A stretch of 64,000 bases of DNA from the IMG/VR virus record IMGVR_UViG_3300023235_001181. One strand, 5' to 3'. The stretch comes from a virus. Made by a program: the position numbers and the translations under genes. The notes below the pieces were generated by a model. The model saw only the letters and a list, made by a program, of their open reading frames with translations, did no database searches and was not told the DNA's origin. Positions 56,743-64,000 of the stretch are shown piece after piece (within the stretch, counting starts at the first letter, position 1; every line of letters begins with the position of its first letter).

Positions 56743-57861
56743 CTACTTGCTGAGCTGCTGCACAGCTTCCAGCAGTCCGCCACCAATGGTCACGGAGCTG
56801 AGGTTGCTGAGGCCTGCGGGGATGCCCTGGATGGCCAGTGCGAGTGCGGCTTCACCCTTCTCCTCGAAGGCTGCGAGCTGAGCCTCAACCTCGGCCACGC
56901 GGGCTTCACCGAGCGCCTCTTCCTGAGCGACGGTCTGAGCGTCCACGGAGATCCGAATGGCGAGTGCCTGCTCGTCGGAAGCAGCCTTGTTCTCGAGGCG
57001 CTGGGCCTCGGCGTTGGCGGCGTCCTCGAGCTGACGTGCGGAGGTGAGCTCCTGAGCCCTGAGGTTGGCCTCAGTCTTCTTGCGCCCCTGCTCCAACTCG
57101 GCGTCCGTGCGGATGCTCACAACAGCAGCGGAGCTGGCTTCCGAGGCCTCACTGTTCACGCGGTCCTGAGCGATCAGGGCCTCGCGCTGCTTGGCGAGCA
57201 GAAGCTTGTTGTTCAGTGCCGCTTCCTCGATGGCACGCTCCTTCTCAGTAGCGTTGGCACGCCGGTCGAAGGTGGCCTCGTCAGCTTCCTGCTTGAGGCG
57301 CTCGTTGGTCTTGGTCTGGAGGGCCTGAGCAACGTCCCGGTTGGGCTTGATGCTGGTCACGCTTGCGGCGAACACCTCGATGCCGATGTCCAGCGCCTGG
57401 AGGGCGGCAAGCACAACGTCGGAGATGGCCTTGGGGTCATCCACAAGCAGCGGCTCGAGCTCCTGCTGGGAGATGTAGCTCCACGCCGCCTGCTGCGCCG
57501 TGTTGGTCAGCACCGTGGCGATGTCCGTGGAAGGGTCGCCCAGCGGAGTGCCGGTGTCGGTGTCCACAGCGAAGTTGAAGCGGGAGGCGATGTTGAGCGC
57601 CGCTTCAACTCCTACGCGCCACTGGCCCGTCGCGCTGACGGTGACGTCCTGGAAGTCCTTGGTGCGGCAGTTGAAGGTCAGCGGGACGGTCTGGTCCACG
57701 ACGGGTACCTCAGAGAGGCTCGTGCCCTTGGTCCAGAACCACAGCCAGAAGCTGAGGCCGGTGCCGCTCTTGGTGACCTTGCCACCTGCAGATGCGATCA
57801 GAAAAGTGTGAGCCTCGCCACGCACGTTGCGTAGAGGCCCGAAGGTTGAGATGGTTGCCAT
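56743..57861 (-). CDS. SPFH/band-7 (flotillin-like) protein
   Basis: 372 aa; N-terminal SPFH-like region then ~200-aa A/E/Q-rich coiled coil with EA repeats. Confidence 0.65.
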   Translation of the reverse strand: MATISTFGPLRNVRGEAHTFLIASAGGKVTKSGTGLSFWLWFWTKGTSLSEVPVVDQTVPLTFNCRTKDFQDVTVSATGQWRVGVEAALNIASRFNFAVDTDTGTPLGDPSTDIATVLTNTAQQAAWSYISQQELEPLLVDDPKAISDVVLAALQALDIGIEVFAASVTSIKPNRDVAQALQTKTNERLKQEADEATFDRRANATEKERAIEEAALNNKLLLAKQREALIAQDRVNSEASEASSAAVVSIRTDAELEQGRKKTEANLRAQELTSARQLEDAANAEAQRLENKAASDEQALAIRISVDAQTVAQEEALGEARVAEVEAQLAAFEEKGEAALALAIQGIPAGLSNLSSVTIGGGLLEAVQQLSK

Positions 57862-57958
57862 CTTGTGTCTCCGTGATTGGGCTTGTCGCCCTTGGGTTCA
57901 TACCCTCCTACTGTTCACGGTTGAAGGCGGGATAGGTTCCCGCCGACGCACATACTTT

Positions 57959-58177
57959 TCAAACGCCCTTGATGTCCCGTAGTCGCTTGAGCTCAAACGG
58001 GCTCGCGTGTTCGGTCCAATGGGTCCACGGGTCCACACCCAGTTCCTTGCCGACGTACTCGATGTTCTCGAGCTCCTTGCCCAGATCCGTTTCCCCGACG
58101 CCATGTGGGTCGTCGGAGAAGAGGTCGAGGTAGAGCTCGAACAGCTCGGCAACGAATTCCTGGGTGCGTGGTGTCAC
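57959..58177 (-). CDS. small hypothetical protein
   Basis: 72 aa. Confidence 0.35.
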   Translation of the reverse strand: MTPRTQEFVAELFELYLDLFSDDPHGVGETDLGKELENIEYVGKELGVDPWTHWTEHASPFELKRLRDIKGV

Positions 58178-58818
58178 TCGGCAGTCTCCCGCGCGGCGAG
58201 CATTCCCTTGCCGTTCCAGAAGGTCACGGCAGCACGCAGGGCAGCTTCAAACTGCACGGCGTCCATGTTGGTGCTCGAGCCGCCGTCGAGGCCGAAGTGG
58301 TTCGCCATGAGCGTACCCGGCGTCATCGGCTGGTCGCCTTCGGTCAGCTTGCCGAGAAGTGTCACCACCTCCCACTCGCTGCCGTTCAGCTCGTCCAGAC
58401 GCTCCGTGTCCTCTTCGAGAACCGAGCGGTTGTAGAGCACCACATCCACCCACATCGCCGCAGAAGGGATGCGCGGGCTTCCCAGCTTGTTGATGCGAGC
58501 CACCTTGGAGCTCTTGCGGGGCTTCTCACCCTCGCGCCGAGCCTTGTACTCCACCACGAAGCGGTCGTCCGGGGTGATGTCCACCACGGGGCAGGTGAAG
58601 AAGGTCTCGTCGAACAGCGCGAACACGTTCAGCGGTACGATGATCACACCGTCCCGGTAGCCCTCACGCTGAGCCGCCCATTCGAGCTGCACTGCCTCCA
58701 CAAGGATGTCCCACCGCTGGGTGCCCGCGTCGTCCAAGCACAGGAACTCCGTGAAAGAGGTTCCGGTGCGGTGGTGGTTCTTGCAGAAGCCACTGACGGT
58801 GATATCTTGTTTCGGCAT
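58174..58818 (-). CDS. hypothetical protein
   Basis: likely ATG MPKQDIT (ORF to 58860). Confidence 0.45.
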   Translation of the reverse strand: MPKQDITVSGFCKNHHRTGTSFTEFLCLDDAGTQRWDILVEAVQLEWAAQREGYRDGVIIVPLNVFALFDETFFTCPVVDITPDDRFVVEYKARREGEKPRKSSKVARINKLGSPRIPSAAMWVDVVLYNRSVLEEDTERLDELNGSEWEVVTLLGKLTEGDQPMTPGTLMANHFGLDGGSSTNMDAVQFEAALRAAVTFWNGKGMLAARETAE

Positions 58819-58858
58819 TTGGGTCCGTTCCTTGGGTCGTTGTCCGTAGTGCTCCCCC

Positions 58859-58887
58859 AACGCATCACGCGGGGGAGCACTCAGAGG
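58859..58887 (-). promoter_or_regulatory. bipartite promoter-like motif (CCTCTGAGT-N14-TGCGTTG) overlapping a 10-bp-stem hairpin GTGCTCCCCC/GGGGGAGCAC
   Basis: minus-sense gagaaaaCCTCTGAGTgctcccccgcgtgaTGCGTTGggggagcac; lies between clpP stop and next gene. Confidence 0.45.
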
Positions 58888-58893
58888 TTTTCT

Positions 58894-59583
58894 CTACTCG
58901 TCGGCCTCGGCTGCAGCGGCAGCAGCTTCCCGCGCGGTCTTGTTGGCGCGGTCGCAGCCTTCGATCTTGTCGATGAGCCCGTACTCCAGAGCCTCCTCGG
59001 CGGTCATCCAGTTGTCGAGCTGCATGTCGGCTTCGAGCTTCTCGAAGCTCTGGCCGCAGTTCTCGGCCAGCAGCCGGGTCAGCTTCTGGTGGAGGCGGTC
59101 TGTGTGCGCCATCGCCGCCTTCATGTCCTTGTACTTGCCCTGGTTGCCCGAGCTCAGCTCGTGGATCATGATCTCGCTGTTGGGGAGCGCCGAGCGGTTG
59201 CCCGCCGAGCCCGCACTGAGCAGGAAGCTACCCATGGAAGCCGCCATACCCACGACGGTCGTGTGGACGGGGCTGTCGATGAGCTGCATGGTGTCGTAGA
59301 GCGCGAGGCCGTCGATCACCGAGCCACCGGGGCTGTTGATGTACATCATGATGGGCTTGCCGGGAGCGTCCGCCTCGAGGAAGAGGAGCTGCCCAATGGC
59401 GATGCGCATCGAAACGCTGTCCACCTGGGTGCCGACGTAGATGATGCGGTCCCGCATGAGCCGGGAGAACAGGTCGAAACTCCGCTCCATTCGGCCATCG
59501 GATTCCACCACGACGGGGATGTTGTAGTTGGCAGGCAGTCCGCCGAGGGAGGCGAGTACTTCGAGCTGTTCACGAGTGGGCAT
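58894..59583 (-). CDS. clpP: ATP-dependent Clp protease proteolytic subunit ClpP (S14)
   Basis: YINSPGGSV, GMAASMGSFLL (Ser), MIHEL (His) catalytic motifs; likely ATG MPTREQL preceded by ACGGAGCACCAA; ORF track extends to TTG at 59631. Confidence 0.8.
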   Translation of the reverse strand: MPTREQLEVLASLGGLPANYNIPVVVESDGRMERSFDLFSRLMRDRIIYVGTQVDSVSMRIAIGQLLFLEADAPGKPIMMYINSPGGSVIDGLALYDTMQLIDSPVHTTVVGMAASMGSFLLSAGSAGNRSALPNSEIMIHELSSGNQGKYKDMKAAMAHTDRLHQKLTRLLAENCGQSFEKLEADMQLDNWMTAEEALEYGLIDKIEGCDRANKTAREAAAAAAEADE

Positions 59584-59637
59584 TTGGTGCTCCGTTGAGG
59601 TCATTTTCACAGGACGGTGATCGGGTTTCAATAGTGC

Positions 59638-59668
59638 AACGAGTTCAACCGGCGTCGAACTCAGAGCG
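59638..59668 (-). promoter_or_regulatory. bipartite promoter-like motif (CGCTCTGAGT-N16-TCGTTG) with GAGTTC/GAACTC inverted repeat
   Basis: minus-sense agaaacgCTCTGAGTtcgacgccggttgaacTCGTTGcac...ACGGAGcaccaaATG. Confidence 0.45.
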
Positions 59669-59676
59669 TTTCTGGA

Positions 59677-60402
59677 TCAGCCCGTCGCCCGAGCCTTGTC
59701 GCCCAACACGCTGTCGGCCGTCACGAAGGTTGCGCCCGCATCACCGAGGGTGCGGAGGCTGAAGTTCATGCCACCCTCGTCACCGCTCACGGGAGGCACA
59801 TCGAGCGCCACACAGGCGTCGGTCACCACTTCCACGGTGTAGCCACGCTCGAGCAGTCCGGTCACGAAGCCGTCAACGCAGAAGCCGCCGAGGCAGTAGC
59901 CAAACACGCGGAAGATCACGTTGTCCTTGCCGCCCATCTCTTCCACGAGGTGTGCGATGTACGCCTCAGCGATGGGGTTGCTGAAGGCGCTGTACACCTC
60001 CTTCTCGAAGTAGAGGCCGACGCCCGCAAGAGCCTCGGTCGTGAACTCCGTGGAGCCGTACACGCGGGGGCCGTTCCCAGCCTTGTCCTCGCCGATGCAG
60101 CCGTCGCCACCCCAGCTCATGGGGAGGAAGCGGAAGCGGGGAGGCAGCGTGCCGTCGAGCTTCAGCCAGTCCCAGGTGCCCTTGACGGCGTGGGTGGGGA
60201 AGATGCCACCGTTGTCGATGAACTCCCAAGCGTCGTAGCTGTGGCTGTCCACGCAGCCAATGAGGGGCTCGTTGGTGGCAAGGGCGCGAGCCACAAGGCC
60301 ACGAATGCGGTCGTTGACGGTGTCGTCAGCGACGGAGAGGTTGCCGTCCTTGTGTGCGAAGGCGTTGGCGGTGTCGACGTCGACGTTGATGTAGCGGGCC
60401 AT
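59677..60402 (-). CDS. nicotinamidase/isochorismatase-family hydrolase (PncA-like)
   Basis: 241 aa; N-terminal INVDVDTANAF, KEVYSAFSN, VFGYCLGGFCVDGFVTGLLERGYTVEVVTDACVA (catalytic Cys region). Confidence 0.6.
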   Translation of the reverse strand: MARYINVDVDTANAFAHKDGNLSVADDTVNDRIRGLVARALATNEPLIGCVDSHSYDAWEFIDNGGIFPTHAVKGTWDWLKLDGTLPPRFRFLPMSWGGDGCIGEDKAGNGPRVYGSTEFTTEALAGVGLYFEKEVYSAFSNPIAEAYIAHLVEEMGGKDNVIFRVFGYCLGGFCVDGFVTGLLERGYTVEVVTDACVALDVPPVSGDEGGMNFSLRTLGDAGATFVTADSVLGDKARATG

Positions 60403-60404
60403 GA

Positions 60405-61064
60405 TCAGGTCTCCTTGGAGAAGCGGTAGGTTGTTCGTCGGCCTTTGCTCTGCTCAGTCACCGGTTCGATGACGCCCAGCGCAGTAGCCTTCTTTCTCAA
60501 GTTCGAGCTGTCTTCCGCCTTGCCCGTGATGTGTCCCATCAGGTCGCGGTAGTCGCTCATGTTGAAGTTCATGTAGAGGAAGCCCGCAACCACGTCCGGG
60601 TCGTAGCGGTGCTTCTTGAGGAATTCCTGAGCGAACTCAAGGATGCCCCGATGGTCGAATGCAAGGTCCATGTTCAGCGCAGCGGCGAGTGGCGTCCACC
60701 CGTCGTGTCCCCTGAATACGTGGGAGATCGGGCAGATGTGCGCCACGCTGAGCACCTTGTCGCGGGTGTCCCGGTCGAAGCCGTCAAAGACGTGCATCTG
60801 TACCGGTTGAACCTGCGCGTGTGCCTCGGGCACGTAGCGTCGTAGGGAGCGGCGTACCGCATCAAAGAGGAGTTCGTTGGGCTTCACAAACGCGCCGGGG
60901 AGCGCCAACTGGCCCATCGCCGGAGGGTTGCGCCGCCTGATGAGCTTCACGCGGAGCTCAGGGTCTACCACTACAACGTCCACCGCCAGAGGCGGGTTCT
61001 TGTACTGCGAACGGTCGTAGTCCGCAAAGTACTCTTCGTCGGTGATGTGGGTTTCGTCGGGCAC
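60405..61064 (-). CDS. NrtR-like protein: degenerate Nudix domain + C-terminal winged-HTH
   Basis: 219 aa; Nudix-like GQLALPGAFVKPNELLFDAVRRSLRRYV with degenerate REx2EE; C-terminal NLRKKATALGVIEPV...GRRTTYRF matches NrtR wHTH pattern; 3-nt gap to PncA-like gene. Confidence 0.5.
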   Translation of the reverse strand: MPDETHITDEEYFADYDRSQYKNPPLAVDVVVVDPELRVKLIRRRNPPAMGQLALPGAFVKPNELLFDAVRRSLRRYVPEAHAQVQPVQMHVFDGFDRDTRDKVLSVAHICPISHVFRGHDGWTPLAAALNMDLAFDHRGILEFAQEFLKKHRYDPDVVAGFLYMNFNMSDYRDLMGHITGKAEDSSNLRKKATALGVIEPVTEQSKGRRTTYRFSKET

Positions 61065-61154
61065 GCTGGTTATTCCTACTTGTTACTTGGTACGTTTTAC
61101 CTTGTTGTCAGTATAACGCCAGCGATGTGCAGAAAGTTAGACTTTCATTTCGAA

Positions 61155-61490
61155 CTATTCGCCATCCAATTCGCTCTTGAGGTAGGAGATGGTGCGGTCG
61201 ATGTCCGGGTCGGCCAGGTAGAACCGAGCCGTGTGGTAGGGAGTGGCGTCATGGTGGCGATACATCACCACGAACCAGCCTTGTGCCTCGAAATACGTCC
61301 GGAAGCCCTCATGGTCAGGGGGCCGCAGCGACACGTCTCGGTCGCTGTACCCTCGCTCTCGGAGTCGGGCCACCCAACTGGGGTAGCGAGAGAATCCCTG
61401 GATAGTGCTCTGCGCGGCTTGGTGAGCCTCTACGGTCAGTCCCACGATCTCCGGAATGAACGGGATCGGTACCTCACAGGTGTCAAGCAT
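61155..61490 (-). CDS. hypothetical protein
   Basis: likely ATG MLDTCEV at 61490 (ORF track extends into upstream gene). Confidence 0.4.
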   Translation of the reverse strand: MLDTCEVPIPFIPEIVGLTVEAHQAAQSTIQGFSRYPSWVARLRERGYSDRDVSLRPPDHEGFRTYFEAQGWFVVMYRHHDATPYHTARFYLADPDIDRTISYLKSELDGE

Positions 61491-61511
61491 GTACTCCCCT
61501 TCTAAGCACTC

Positions 61512-61541
61512 AACGTGGTCAGGTACGGAATACTCAGAGGT
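61512..61541 (-). promoter_or_regulatory. bipartite promoter-like motif (CCTCTGAGT-N14-CACGTTGA); stop of upstream gene inside CTCTGA
   Basis: minus-sense gaaataCCTCTGAGTattccgtacctgacCACGTTGAgtgcttagaaggggagtacATG. Confidence 0.45.
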
Positions 61542-61848
61542 ATTTCGGGTCCTGCCACCAGTCCTGGCTTTCCAAATCAAGCATCTCGTAGAGGCGGTCT
61601 GGAAGTTCCGACAGCCCTTCCTCCCTGAACCACTCCCCACGCCACCGAATGCGGTAGCTGCGAAGTCGCCCATGGATGTAGAACTCGGTGGGTCCCTCTT
61701 TGGGGACGAGCAGGATGACCTTCAGCGTGTAGGGGTTCCCGGTCTGAAGCTCGTTGAGGCGGCGCTCAATGTCCTTGGTGCGTCCGATCTTCACCACCCC
61801 GGTCACCGCCGCTTGGATGATGTACAGGTCCTCCCCAAACGATTTCAC
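61534..61848 (-). CDS. T5orf172/GIY-YIG-like domain protein
   Basis: 104 aa; LYIIQAAVTGVVKIGRTKDIERRLNELQTGNP matches T5orf172 (MUG113) signature. Confidence 0.5.
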   Translation of the reverse strand: MKSFGEDLYIIQAAVTGVVKIGRTKDIERRLNELQTGNPYTLKVILLVPKEGPTEFYIHGRLRSYRIRWRGEWFREEGLSELPDRLYEMLDLESQDWWQDPKYL

Positions 61849-62801
61849 AGGAAGAACGGGCTCTCCTCTACTACCGGCTGAGCAGGCAGGAGGAAAGAGA
61901 CGTAGCGGGGTGAGGGGTCGAACGGATTGAACTTGCGCTTGTAGGTCGCGTTGAAGCCATGCTTGCCACCTTCACCGATGGCTACTCCATCAGCTACGTG
62001 GGTCACACCCTGTCGCGCCATGTCGGCAAAGCAGTCGTGTTGAGCCCATGCACTCAGGTTCGGTATGCCTCTGTCACATGCCATGCCTGTCGTGTGGCCC
62101 CAGCACGTTTCTGTCATGGGTTGGTTGAGGTGGATCACGAGCGGCTCTCCGTCAATGCGGTAGAGCCGGTTGATGCCGTCCTCGTAGTGCCGGTCGAGAA
62201 TGTACTCGTATTTCCGGTAGTTGATGTTCATGCCGCCGCGCTCCTTGGACTCCTTGACCCAACGCTTCATCACCGCGCGGGCCTCCTCCAGGTTTCCGGA
62301 GTCGATGGGCTCAGCCGTGTAGCCGGTGGTGGTCCGCTTGAAGGCGTTGATGTCAGCTCGGAGGCGACGCCACTTCTTTCCAGAGAGTGTGTCGATCCCT
62401 GCAATGTCGTAGGTGTACTCGCCGTACTCACTGAATTTCCCAGGAGTGAGCTTGACGCCCTCTGCCATGAAGGCCGCAGCGATATCAGCGGCCCAGGAGG
62501 CTGGGACGTTCTCAATCTTGAGGTTCTTGTCCGTGCTTCCCTTGTACGCCTGCCACCACGCAACCAACTCGGGAATGACTGCGTCCTTGTCACCGTAGGC
62601 TCGGTAGACACGGTAGTATTTCCCGTACTTCACACTGAAGAGGAGAAGCGTGTCCTCGCTGACGACCTTGTTGCCCTTGAACACTCCGTGGTTGATGAAC
62701 CCGTAAGTGTAGGGGAGGCAGTCGGTCATTGTAGCTACACCGTCCATACGTGAACGGATGAAGGGGATGTCTGCCGTGGTCAGCGGGGTAGTTTCACTCA
62801 T
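61845..62801 (-). CDS. hypothetical protein (318 aa), paralog of 63519-63923
   Basis: shared C-terminal module ETCWGHTTGMACDRG...QGVTHVADGVAIGEGGKHGFNATYKRKFNPF vs DTCWAHTLGIALGTE...RGVTHIADGQRVANFKNKDKFRPI. Confidence 0.5.
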   Translation of the reverse strand: MSETTPLTTADIPFIRSRMDGVATMTDCLPYTYGFINHGVFKGNKVVSEDTLLLFSVKYGKYYRVYRAYGDKDAVIPELVAWWQAYKGSTDKNLKIENVPASWAADIAAAFMAEGVKLTPGKFSEYGEYTYDIAGIDTLSGKKWRRLRADINAFKRTTTGYTAEPIDSGNLEEARAVMKRWVKESKERGGMNINYRKYEYILDRHYEDGINRLYRIDGEPLVIHLNQPMTETCWGHTTGMACDRGIPNLSAWAQHDCFADMARQGVTHVADGVAIGEGGKHGFNATYKRKFNPFDPSPRYVSFLLPAQPVVEESPFFL

Positions 62802-63537
62802 CGAAGAGGCTCATGTATTCGTGGTCATCACCACCCAAGATGTCCGGGTGGATCAGGCGCTCGGGAACGTCGGGAGCTTCTGCGCCGCCTGAGGTCTCCC
62901 GGTGAAGGTAGAAGGGCCGGTTGTACTTGAGAACCGTCGTAGGGAGGAAGTCCCTCGGGCCTGTGTAGTAGAAACCGTCCACGCCGGTAGATGCAGCGAT
63001 GGCTGCTTCCATGCGCGGGTCAAGAGTGGCAACCGGAATGCCCTGGCTCTTGAACTTGAGCGTGATGACTGCGTAGCCCTTCTCGGCCTTGGCGTTCAAG
63101 AGGTCGAACAGCATCCCAACGTCTTCGGGTCCGGTGGTGGTGAACAGCACGCCGCAAGAGAGGACGAAGTCCCACGTCGGGGCCTTGTTCAGCTCTTCCC
63201 AGTAGTTCCCGATGCGGAAGTCGTACTCCGGCACTCGGGTTCGGGCGTCCAGCACGTTGGCAGGGACGATGTCGAACCCTTGGTACTTCAGCTCGGGCCT
63301 CTGGTCGCGTAGCATCTCAGCCAGCGTGCCCGTGCCGCACCCACACTCGAGAATGGAGGTGGCGTTGGCTGGGATCAGGTCGATGAGGCCCTGCCAATGA
63401 GCAACCATGTCCTCGGGAGAGTACTTGTACCACTTGAAGCGGGTGGTGTCGTCAGGGTCCTCGTACTTCCCGGCTGACCGAGTGTAGGAGTCCCGCCAAC
63501 GGAGGATCGTTTCATCTGCTACTGGAATGGAAGACAT
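62794..63537 (-). CDS. class I SAM-dependent methyltransferase
   Basis: 247 aa; motif I ILECGCGTGTL, motif post-I QGFDIVP. Confidence 0.7.
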   Translation of the reverse strand: MSSIPVADETILRWRDSYTRSAGKYEDPDDTTRFKWYKYSPEDMVAHWQGLIDLIPANATSILECGCGTGTLAEMLRDQRPELKYQGFDIVPANVLDARTRVPEYDFRIGNYWEELNKAPTWDFVLSCGVLFTTTGPEDVGMLFDLLNAKAEKGYAVITLKFKSQGIPVATLDPRMEAAIAASTGVDGFYYTGPRDFLPTTVLKYNRPFYLHRETSGGAEAPDVPERLIHPDILGGDDHEYMSLFDE

Positions 63538-63923
63538 TCATCATCCTCATACTTGCCGTCAATGGCCAGCCTGACACCGGACACGGCACCCTCGATAGGG
63601 CGGAATTTGTCCTTGTTCTTGAAGTTGGCGACACGCTGTCCATCTGCGATGTGCGTGACGCCGCGTTGCTGAAGAAGGCAGAACGCCTCCCAGCTTGACC
63701 ACTCCCACAGGCCTCGGGGCCTGAACAGCGTGCCGTCTTCCTGCTCGGTGCCCAAAGCAATCCCAAGAGTGTGAGCCCAGCACGTGTCGGTGATCTTGTG
63801 CATGATCTGAAGGGCTACGGGCTCTCCCGCCACCTTGTAGAGCAGATGCATACAATCGTCGGTCCTGAAGTTGTCGAAGGCGTAGGTGTACTGCTTGAAG
63901 TTGAGGTTGAAGACGTTCCTCAC
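63519..63923 (-). CDS. hypothetical protein, shorter paralog of 61845-62801
   Basis: 134 aa; conserved TCWxHT..G and GVTHxADG motifs. Confidence 0.45.
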   Translation of the reverse strand: MRNVFNLNFKQYTYAFDNFRTDDCMHLLYKVAGEPVALQIMHKITDTCWAHTLGIALGTEQEDGTLFRPRGLWEWSSWEAFCLLQQRGVTHIADGQRVANFKNKDKFRPIEGAVSGVRLAIDGKYEDDECLPFQ

Positions 63924-64000
63924 CTTCCTTGCCTGACGTGCCCACTCCTTGATGACGTACCATGCCTCCGTGTGCGTGACGTCCTCTACAACCTGGATCA

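Noticed and set aside
58894-59583. ClpP as prohead (head-maturation) protease
   Set aside because: No portal, scaffold or major capsid gene is adjacent in this window. The neighbours are metabolic or auxiliary. This cannot be excluded without the whole genome.
1-64000. CRISPR arrays or other long direct repeat arrays
   Set aside because: No regularly spaced direct repeats were seen. The only tandem DNA repeats are the 13-bp duplication at 18585-18620 and the in-frame repeats inside 31629-33380.
1-64000. Integrative-element or prophage boundaries (integrase, att sites, host core genes)
   Set aside because: No integrase/recombinase motifs, flanking tRNA or host housekeeping operon is visible. 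The window appears to be internal to a large mobile or viral genome.

Overview
This 64 kb window is GC-rich and gene-dense. It carries about 100 short-to-medium ORFs, around 90% on the minus strand, often with overlapping stop and start codons, and three small plus-strand islands (2299-4123, 9831-10442, 16097-17685). No capsid, portal, terminase or tail genes are visible. The content is auxiliary and metabolic genes plus many small acidic hypothetical proteins. Together with the compact packing, this reads most like an accessory or early region of a large (jumbo-type) bacteriophage of a high-GC host; this is inference, not proven.

Genes recognised from the sequence:
- Translation-related set: IF-3, class II lysyl-tRNA synthetase, and two tandem paralogs resembling the ribosomal L7/L12 C-terminal domain.
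- Dispersed NAD(P) salvage or reconstitution set: Prs-like PRPP synthetase, NadV/Nampt-like phosphoribosyltransferase, NAD-kinase-like protein, two Nudix hydrolases, two nicotinamidase/isochorismatase-family proteins, and an NrtR-like Nudix plus winged-HTH regulator.
- Nucleic-acid metabolism and repair: dCMP deaminase, DnaQ-like exonuclease, and a T4-Pnk-like polynucleotide kinase-phosphatase.
- Large AAA+ ATPase, VWA protein, ClpP, SPFH/flotillin-like protein, PlsC-like acyltransferase, SAM methyltransferase, PP-lambda-like metallophosphatase and a histidine phosphatase.
- Two Pol-beta-type nucleotidyltransferases.
- A CoaB(DFP)-like and GNAT-like fusion protein.
- A DUF1848-like protein with a C-terminal CxxxCxxC motif.
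- A protein with an ECF-sigma-like N-terminus followed by four ~65-aa tandem repeats.

The most striking sequence-level signal is a bipartite motif found at least 14 times, always in the short intergenic gaps upstream of minus-strand genes. On the coding strand it reads (A)AA-G/C-CTCTGA(G/C)T, then 14-16 nt, then CGTT(G/A), then about 20 nt, then an extended Shine-Dalgarno ACGGAG, then 6 nt and the start codon. This looks like a phage-specific promoter family with an ECF-like CGTT -10 element. The phage-encoded ECF-sigma-like repeat protein is a plausible cognate factor.

Other features:
- A 350-bp non-coding region at 19903-20250 holds a perfect 9-bp palindrome and a strong plus-strand intrinsic-terminator hairpin.
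- Several paralogous gene pairs are present.
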